Assembly (NCBI GenBank): GCA_041398605.1
Contig: JAWKUK010000026.1
Location: 1,207-65,206 of the forward strand
DNA from: Planctomycetota bacterium
GTDB lineage: Bacteria > Planctomycetota > UBA1135 > GCA-002686595
DNA length: 64,000 nucleotides
Reading direction: 5' to 3'
The notes under the pieces were generated by a model. The model did no database searches and was not told the DNA's origin. It saw only the letters and a list, made by a program, of their open reading frames with translations. Every line of letters begins with the position of its first letter. Position 1 is the first letter of the stretch. Positions 57,876 to 64,000 of the stretch are shown here, one piece after another. Made by a program: the position numbers and the translations under genes.

Positions 57876-58909
57876 CGTGCCTCCCCTTGGGTGTTGAAGC
57901 TCGCGCCCAAGCTACCGGCCGCCCGCGCCGCTTCGACGCGCCCGATCTCGAAGCACGCGGCGGTGCGGTCGAGCGCGACGCTCTCGCGCAAGGGCGCTTG
58001 CGCGCGACAGCGCTCGGACGCGAAGCCGCAGCGCGGCATGAAGGCGCAGCCAGCAGGCAGCGCAGCGAGGTCGGGAGGCTGGCCTGGGATCGACAGGAGC
58101 CGCGCGTGCGGGTCGCCCGCGAGGCGCGGCACGCTGCCGAGCAGCCCGAGGGTATAGGGGTGCCGCGGGGCCTGGAAGAGCGGCCCCGTCGGCGCCGTCT
58201 CGACGAGCCGCCCCGCGTACATGACGTTGACGCGGTCCGCCATCCCAGCGACGACGCCGAGGTCGTGCGTCACGAGCACGATCGCGGTGCCGTGCTTCTC
58301 TTGGAGCGCCTTCATCAGCTCCAAGATCTGCGCTTGGATCGTGACGTCCAATGCGGTGGTCGGCTCATCCGCCAGCAGCACCTTGGGCTCGCACAGGAGC
58401 GCCATCGCGATCATGACGCGCTGGCGCATGCCGCCCGAGAGCTCGTGCGGGTATTGCTTCAACCTCCGCTCGGGCTCGGGGATGCCGACGTCCGCGAGGC
58501 CCGCCGCAGCGCGCCGCGTCGCTTCGCGCCCGCGCGCGCGCTCGTGCACCTCGAGCACCTCCGTTAGCTGTCGGCCGATCGTCAACAGCGGGTTCAGCGA
58601 CGTCATCGGGTCCTGGAAGATCATCGCGACCTCATTGCCGCGCACCTTGCGCAGCGCCTTTGGCGACAGCGCGGCCAGGTCGCGCCCGCCGACGGCGAGG
58701 CGCCGCGCGCTGACCGTGCCTGGCGGCGTCGGCACGAGGCCCATCAGCGCGAGGTTCGTGACGGACTTGCCCGAGCCCGACTCGCCGACGAGGCCCAGTG
58801 TCTCGCCCGCTGCGAGCGTGAATGACACGCCGTCGACCGCGCGCACGGCGCCGTGGTCGGTGTGGAAGGTCACGCAGAGGTCCTCGACCTCCAGGATGGG
58901 CTCGCTCAC
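57872..58909 (-). CDS. peptide ABC transporter ATP-binding protein (OppD/DppD-like)
   Basis: GTG 58909 ([11 protein letters not shown]) overlaps the upstream TGA. Motifs [27 protein letters not shown] and [10 protein letters not shown]. Confidence 0.88.
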   Translation of the reverse strand: MSEPILEVEDLCVTFHTDHGAVRAVDGVSFTLAAGETLGLVGESGSGKSVTNLALMGLVPTPPGTVSARRLAVGGRDLAALSPKALRKVRGNEVAMIFQDPMTSLNPLLTIGRQLTEVLEVHERARGREATRRAAAGLADVGIPEPERRLKQYPHELSGGMRQRVMIAMALLCEPKVLLADEPTTALDVTIQAQILELMKALQEKHGTAIVLVTHDLGVVAGMADRVNVMYAGRLVETAPTGPLFQAPRHPYTLGLLGSVPRLAGDPHARLLSIPGQPPDLAALPAGCAFMPRCGFASERCRAQAPLRESVALDRTAACFEIGRVEAARAAGSLGASFNTQGEAR

Positions 58910-60303
58910 GACTTGCCTCGTTGCTTGGGGTCCAGCGCGTCGCGCAAGCCGTCGCCGAGCACGTTCAACGCGAGCAGCGTCGAGCCCATGGCGAGCGCCG
59001 GGAAGACGACGAGCCACCAGTAGGTGTCGATCGGCGTGATCGCCTCCGTGCCGTCCTTGGCCAGGACGCCCCACGAGACCTTCGGCGGCTCGATGCCGAG
59101 GCCGAGGAAGGAGAGGAACGCCTCGAACAGCATCACCGCGGGGATCGTCAGTGTCAGGTACACGATCACGATGGAGAGCACGTTCGGCACGAGGTGCCCA
59201 AACAGGATCCGCGGCGTCGACGCGCCCATGACGCGCGCGGCCTCGATGAACTCGGAGTTCTTGAGCGCGAGCACTTGGCCGCGGACCACACGCGCCATCG
59301 TCAACCAGTAGATCGCGCCGATGACGACAAAGAAGATCACCTCGCGGTCGATCCCGTACGAGTCCTCGAGCTCCGTGCGGTACTCGTTCACGATCGTGAT
59401 CAAGAAGATCACGACGAAGATGAACGGCAGCGAGTAGAGGACATCGACGATGCGCATCATCAGGTTGTCGATGCGGCCGCCGAGGTAGCCGGACAGGGCG
59501 CCGTAGGTCACGCCGATCAAGAGCGACGTCGCCGCGGCCATCAGCGCGACGAGGATCGAGGTGCGGCTGCCCCAGAGGATGCGCGCCAAGAGGTCGCGCC
59601 CCTGCGGATCCGTGCCGAGCCAGTTGCCGGTCTGCCCGAGGCCAAAGAGGTCCGCGCGCGCGCTCAGCAGCGCGCGGTCGAACCGGCCGAGCTCCCAGTA
59701 GCCGTTCTCGTGCCGGACCTCGACGAGCCGGAGCCCGGTCCTTGGCGCGCCAGGCGGCAGCTCGATCACGGGGAACTCGCTGATGACGCGCGCGACGGCG
59801 CGCTCGAGGCGTTCGGGGTCCGCGAGGTCGAGCGGCGCCGCAAAGTACGCGGCGTCCGCCCGGCGCTCGTAGCTGACGGCGACGTCGAGCTCTTGCGCGA
59901 CGCGCTGCGCGAAGTCCGCGGCGTCGAGCGCGCCCGCGACCTGGGCCACGGAGCGGTGCCGCCAGCCGTCATTCCACCAATTGGCGCTGCGGCGCGTCGC
60001 GGCGGTCCCCGGCTCCGGCGTCGTCTCGGGCACGAGCGCTGCGCCCCACGGCCACGCGGGCCGCGCCGCCTTCGTGCGCAGCGACAGCGCGACGGGCGAG
60101 GGCAATGGCAGCAACGGCACGAGGATCGACGTCAGCCCGAACACGGCGAGGAACACGAGCGCGATGAAGCTCGGGCGGCTGCGCCGGAGGCGCCGCCAAG
60201 CGTCGCGGCCGAGGCTCTCGCCTTTGAATTGCTTGGCTTCAGCGGCCAGCCGCACGAGGCTCGCCTCGCCCAGCTCCCAGCGGGTCTCGGTGTGGCGCGC
60301 CAT
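58906..60303 (-). CDS. peptide ABC transporter permease (OppC/DppC-like) with ~185-aa loop insertion after TM1
   Basis: The core carries GTDPQGRDLLARILWGSR, the EAA-type loop SEFIEAARVMGAS, and ALDPKQR at the C-terminus. Confidence 0.85.
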   Translation of the reverse strand: MARHTETRWELGEASLVRLAAEAKQFKGESLGRDAWRRLRRSRPSFIALVFLAVFGLTSILVPLLPLPSPVALSLRTKAARPAWPWGAALVPETTPEPGTAATRRSANWWNDGWRHRSVAQVAGALDAADFAQRVAQELDVAVSYERRADAAYFAAPLDLADPERLERAVARVISEFPVIELPPGAPRTGLRLVEVRHENGYWELGRFDRALLSARADLFGLGQTGNWLGTDPQGRDLLARILWGSRTSILVALMAAATSLLIGVTYGALSGYLGGRIDNLMMRIVDVLYSLPFIFVVIFLITIVNEYRTELEDSYGIDREVIFFVVIGAIYWLTMARVVRGQVLALKNSEFIEAARVMGASTPRILFGHLVPNVLSIVIVYLTLTIPAVMLFEAFLSFLGLGIEPPKVSWGVLAKDGTEAITPIDTYWWLVVFPALAMGSTLLALNVLGDGLRDALDPKQRGKS

Positions 60304-61320
60304 CTACTCGTCCTCCAGGGAGATACGCGGGTCGAGCAGCGTGTACGCGATGTCCACGATGGTGTTCAGGGCGTAGACGAGGACCGTGTAGAGGATCGTC
60401 ACGCCCATCGCGAGCGTGTAGTCGCGGTTGAGGGCGCTGTTGATGAAGTGCGAGCCGGTGCCCGGGATGAAGAAGATGCGCTCGATCACCAGGCTGCCCG
60501 TCAGGATGCCGGCCGTCGCCGGGCCGAGGTACGACACGACCGGCAAGAGGCCGCCCTTGAGCGCGTGCCGCATGACGACCGTGCGCGGCGCGAGGCCCTT
60601 GGCATGCGCCGTGCGGATGTAGTCGTGGGACAGGACCTCCAGCATGCCCGTGCGCGTCAACCGCGCGATGTACGCCGCGTACACGAGGCCGAGGCAGAAC
60701 GACGGCAGCAGCATGTGCCGGATCGAGCCCCAGCCCGCGACGGGCAGCAGGGGGATCATGAACACGAAGAGGATGATCAAGAAGCTCGCGATGACGAAGT
60801 TCGGCAGCGCGATGCCGGCGGTCGCGGCGAGCCGGAGCGAGACGTCGAGCAGCGATCCTGGGCGCAGCGCCGAGGCGATCCCGGCCGAGACGCCGAGCGC
60901 CAAGGCGAACATCAGCGCCATCAGGCCCAAGAGGATCGAGATCGGCAAGCTCTGCGCGAGGATGTCGTTGACGCTGAAGTCCTTGTACTTGAACGACGGG
61001 CCGAAGTCGCCGGCCAGGACGCCGCCGAAGGCGTCGACGTCCGGCCCGGTCCGGACGACGTGGAACCCGGCGTCGTCGGTCACGAAGAGCGCGCGGCGCT
61101 CGTCGAGGTTGAAGGGGCCCACGTAGTGCGCGAACTGGCGCCAGATCGGCCAATCGAGGTGGTAGCGGGCCTCGATGTTGGCCTTGATCGCGGGGTCGAT
61201 CGCCCGTTCACCGTCGAACGGGCCCCCGCGCACGGAGCGCATGAGCGTGAAGCTGACCAGCATCACGGTGAAGACCGTGATGACAAACCAGATGAAGCGG
61301 CGGATGAGGAAGCGCAGCAT
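60304..61320 (-). CDS. peptide ABC transporter permease (OppB/DppB-like)
   Basis: MLRFLIRRFIWFVITVFTVMLVSFTLM is followed by the EAA loop DYIRTAHAKGLAPR and the C-terminus DPRISLE. Confidence 0.88.
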   Translation of the reverse strand: MLRFLIRRFIWFVITVFTVMLVSFTLMRSVRGGPFDGERAIDPAIKANIEARYHLDWPIWRQFAHYVGPFNLDERRALFVTDDAGFHVVRTGPDVDAFGGVLAGDFGPSFKYKDFSVNDILAQSLPISILLGLMALMFALALGVSAGIASALRPGSLLDVSLRLAATAGIALPNFVIASFLIILFVFMIPLLPVAGWGSIRHMLLPSFCLGLVYAAYIARLTRTGMLEVLSHDYIRTAHAKGLAPRTVVMRHALKGGLLPVVSYLGPATAGILTGSLVIERIFFIPGTGSHFINSALNRDYTLAMGVTILYTVLVYALNTIVDIAYTLLDPRISLEDE

Positions 61321-61328
61321 GGCTCGGG

Positions 61329-63152
61329 TCAGCGCGCCTGCCCGGCGCTCTCGGGGCTGGACGCCGCGGCGCGCCGGGCGCGCTCCGCAGGGGAGTACAG
61401 GCCCGCGCGCGGGCCGGTGGCCTCGACGAGCGTGTGCAGGCCGTCGGCGGGGTACGCCGCGCGCTTCGCCGCGAGCTCTCTGTCGTCCATCCAGTACCAG
61501 AACTGCGGGAAGTGCTCGTCCTTCAGGTTGCTGTAGAAGCCGCCGAAGCGCGGCGAATAGACGTCCTGCGTCGCGTAGCTGTAGATGGGCAGGATCGGCA
61601 GCTCCTCCATCAGGAGGGCCTCGGCCGCGCCGAGCAGCGCCATGCGCTGCGTCGGGTCGAGCTCGCGCGCCGCGGCGCGCACCAGGCGGTCGTACTCCGC
61701 GTTGCTCCAGCCCGTCTTGTTGTTCTCACCGCCCGTCACGAAGAGGTCGATGAACGTGTTCGGGTCCGCATAGTCGCCGATCCACGCGGAGCGCGAGACG
61801 TCGTACCCGAGGTTCGACTGCGTATCGAGGTACACCTTCCACTCCTGGTTCAGGAGCTTCGCGTCGATCCCGAGCTCACGCGACCAGGCGTCCGCGATGA
61901 CGAGCGCGATGTCGCGGTGCGCCTCGCTCGTGTTGTAGTGGATCTCGAGCGTCGGGAACGGCTTGCCGCCCGGGCCGAAGCCCGCCTCGGCCATCAGCCG
62001 CTTGGCCTCCGCGCGGTCTGCGGCGGCGTCCGTGACGGGCTCGTTGGCGTCGCTCGCCGTCGCGGCCGTCCGCATGCTGGCGCGGGTGTAGCCTGGGAGC
62101 CCCGGCGGCACCAATGACAGCGACGGGAGCTGCCCGGACTTCGTGATCATCTCGCAGATCTGCCTGCGCGGAATCACGAGCGCGAGGGCGCGGCGCACGC
62201 GCTTGTCGTCGCAGGGGGGCTTCGTGACGTTGACGCGATAGAAGTAGGAGCCGAGGTAGGGCTCCGGCACGAAGTCCTCGCGCGGCACGAGGTCCTGGAC
62301 GACGTTGGACGCGATCCGGTCGATGTAGTGCACCTCGCCCGTGAGGTACATGTTCAGCATCGTCGTGTACGACTCGACCGCCAGGACGTCGATCGTCTCC
62401 AGCGCGATCTCGTCCCGGTTCCAGTAGTACGGGTTCTTGCGCACCCGAATGCGGTCGTTGATGCGGCGGAACTCGACGATGTAGGGGCCGTTGCAGACGA
62501 GGCGCTCGGGCTTGACCCACTCCTGGCGCCACGTCGAGGGGAAGTCGCGCTGCGCCTCCTCGATGCACTTGCGATTCACGGGGAACTGCGCGTAGAACGC
62601 CATGATCTCCATGAAAAACGCGGTGGGGGCGTCGAGCTCGAAGCGCACGGTGTAGTCGTCGGGGGCCGTGATGCCGACCGTCGAGAAGGGATGCACGGGG
62701 TCGCCGTTTGCGTCGACGTCCAGCGTGAACGCGCGCGCTCCCTTGACGTACCAGAGCTGGTAGGCGTACTCGGCCGCGGTCTTGGGGCTCAGGAAGCGCT
62801 CGTACGACCACATGAGGTCCGCAGAGGTCAGCGGGTCGCCGTTGGACCAGCGCGCGTTCTTGCGCAGGTAGAACGTGTAGACGAGGCCGTCGTCGCTGAT
62901 GTCCCAGCGCTCGGCGAGGGCCGGCACTGGCTCCAGCGTCTTCGGGTGGCTGATCACGAGCCCCTCGTGCAGCATCCGCATCACCCGCCCCTCGGGGATG
63001 CCGGTCACGGTCGCGGGGTCCAGGGTCTGGATCTCCGTGCCGTTGTTGAAGACGAGGTCCGCAGGAGGGAGCGACGTGCCGCGGGTCGCTGCGACCGCTG
63101 CGGCGAGGACCAAGGCGAGGAGCGCGAGGGCGCTGATGGCTCTCAAGTTCAT
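61329..63152 (-). CDS. ABC transporter substrate-binding protein, family 5 (peptide/nickel, OppA/DppA-like)
   Basis: Start ATG 63152 with signal peptide MNLRAISALALLALVLAAAVA. Motifs FNNGTEIQTLDPA, WSNGDPLTSADL, NPYYW and WIGDYADP. Confidence 0.85.
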   Translation of the reverse strand: MNLRAISALALLALVLAAAVAATRGTSLPPADLVFNNGTEIQTLDPATVTGIPEGRVMRMLHEGLVISHPKTLEPVPALAERWDISDDGLVYTFYLRKNARWSNGDPLTSADLMWSYERFLSPKTAAEYAYQLWYVKGARAFTLDVDANGDPVHPFSTVGITAPDDYTVRFELDAPTAFFMEIMAFYAQFPVNRKCIEEAQRDFPSTWRQEWVKPERLVCNGPYIVEFRRINDRIRVRKNPYYWNRDEIALETIDVLAVESYTTMLNMYLTGEVHYIDRIASNVVQDLVPREDFVPEPYLGSYFYRVNVTKPPCDDKRVRRALALVIPRRQICEMITKSGQLPSLSLVPPGLPGYTRASMRTAATASDANEPVTDAAADRAEAKRLMAEAGFGPGGKPFPTLEIHYNTSEAHRDIALVIADAWSRELGIDAKLLNQEWKVYLDTQSNLGYDVSRSAWIGDYADPNTFIDLFVTGGENNKTGWSNAEYDRLVRAAARELDPTQRMALLGAAEALLMEELPILPIYSYATQDVYSPRFGGFYSNLKDEHFPQFWYWMDDRELAAKRAAYPADGLHTLVEATGPRAGLYSPAERARRAAASSPESAGQAR

Positions 63153-63449
63153 CAGGCGGTGGGGGCGTGCGGGATGGGCATGGGCCGAGCCTAAGGGTTC
63201 GCGCTCGGGGGTGCACGCCTGCGGGAGTGCTGGAAGCGTGTAAGGCGGCGCCGGGCCCCGTCCAGGATCGGGCCGGACCCGTGCGCGACGCGCAGCGCGG
63301 ACTCGAGGAGCGTGACACCGGCCGCAGCGCGCGGCCCGAGACCGCGCGTCCAGTCCGAGATCTCCCCTCGTTCTCGGGGCTTCGATCGACCATGAGAGCG
63401 CCGCGTGGCCCACAATGCCGAGCCGCGCAGCCCCGGATCCCCCAATCGC

Positions 63450-64000
63450 ATGACCCAACCCGCATCGCCCAACGCTAGCGCCTCACCGCGCGGCGCGAGC
63501 AGCGAGGGTGACGCCGTCGCCCTGCCGGTCTCCGAGCGCATTCGCCAGCGGCTGCAGGCCGCTGGACGGCGCCATCACGCCAACGACAACATCGCGGCCT
63601 TTGTCCGCGAGGGCGAGCTGGATGAGCTGCAGGTGGAGGTCGCTGGCAAGCTGCACGAAGTGCTGCGCGCGCTCGTGATCGACACGGACAGCGACCACAA
63701 TACGCACGAGACGGCCAAGCGCGTCGCGAAGATGTACCTGCAGGAGATCTTCCGCGGCCGGTTCCACCCGATGCCGCCCGTGACGGAGTTCCCAAACGCG
63801 GAGCGCCTGAACGAGCTGATGATCGTCGGCCCGATCACGGTGCGCAGCGCCTGCTCGCACCACCTGTGCCCGATCTTCGGGAAGGTCTGGATCGGCCTCT
63901 TGCCCAACGAACACTCGAACCTGATCGGGCTCAGCAAGTATGCTCGCATCACAGACTGGATCATGAGCCGCCCGCAGATCCAAGAGGAGGCCGTCACCAT
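63450..64000 (+). CDS. folE: GTP cyclohydrolase I FolE (3' end beyond window)
   Basis: Hand translation from ATG 63450. It gives ...HHANDNIAAFVREGELDELQVEV...DSDHNTHETAKRVAKMYLQEIFRG...ITVRSACSHHLCPIFGKVWIGLLPN..LIGLSKYARI..SRPQIQEE. It is absent from the ORF track because no stop is reached. Confidence 0.85.
   Translation, partial: MTQPASPNASASPRGASSEGDAVALPVSERIRQRLQAAGRRHHANDNIAAFVREGELDELQVEVAGKLHEVLRALVIDTDSDHNTHETAKRVAKMYLQEIFRGRFHPMPPVTEFPNAERLNELMIVGPITVRSACSHHLCPIFGKVWIGLLPNEHSNLIGLSKYARITDWIMSRPQIQEEAVT

Noticed and set aside
45815-61536. Long plus-strand ORFs 45815..48313, 47980..49866, 52129..53745 and 58822..61536
   Set aside because: They are antisense to the M28 peptidase, asparaginase, permease-SPFH and Opp genes. 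They show shadow-ORF composition (R/A/D/E/G/P runs).

Overview
This is a 64-kb, very GC-rich (about 70% by eye), densely coding chromosomal segment. The gene style includes a eukaryotic-like Ser/Thr kinase with WD40 repeats, an ECF sigma factor, many lipobox or secreted proteins, an MCP, and pervasive Arg/Ala/Pro-rich shadow ORFs opposite real genes. That style suggests a Myxococcota-like organism, which is inference only. I can support 47 CDS (folE is partial at the right edge), one tRNA-Glu(UUC), one decayed gene fragment, two hairpin terminators and several short tandem arrays. No transposase, integrase, phage, restriction, toxin-antitoxin or CRISPR-Cas genes are visible. Seven gene junctions show 4-nt ATGA/GTGA stop-start overlaps, which I used to define operons and to pick starts. 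The most interesting loci are: (1) 11.8-20.6 kb, where an ECF sigma factor without an anti-sigma lies divergent from a 1301-aa membrane kinase-WD40 protein whose catalytic loop is degenerate (HRDITPGI). This is followed by two tandem paralogous secreted proteins of an unrecognised family. Their Cys-rich C-terminal QxWYRD domain recurs on a peptidoglycan amidase at 4.9 kb. (2) 49.9-55.1 kb, an operon of a His-rich ZIP transporter, a His-rich UPF0718-type metal permease fused to an SPFH (band-7) domain, and two further HflK/C-like SPFH proteins. (3) A photolyase gene bracketed by a decayed direct copy of the 3' end of the neighbouring alanine:cation symporter gene. (4) A deoxyhypusine-synthase-like gene divergent from a cupin plus atypical CysK-like pair. 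All family assignments are motif recognition by eye; no searches were run.
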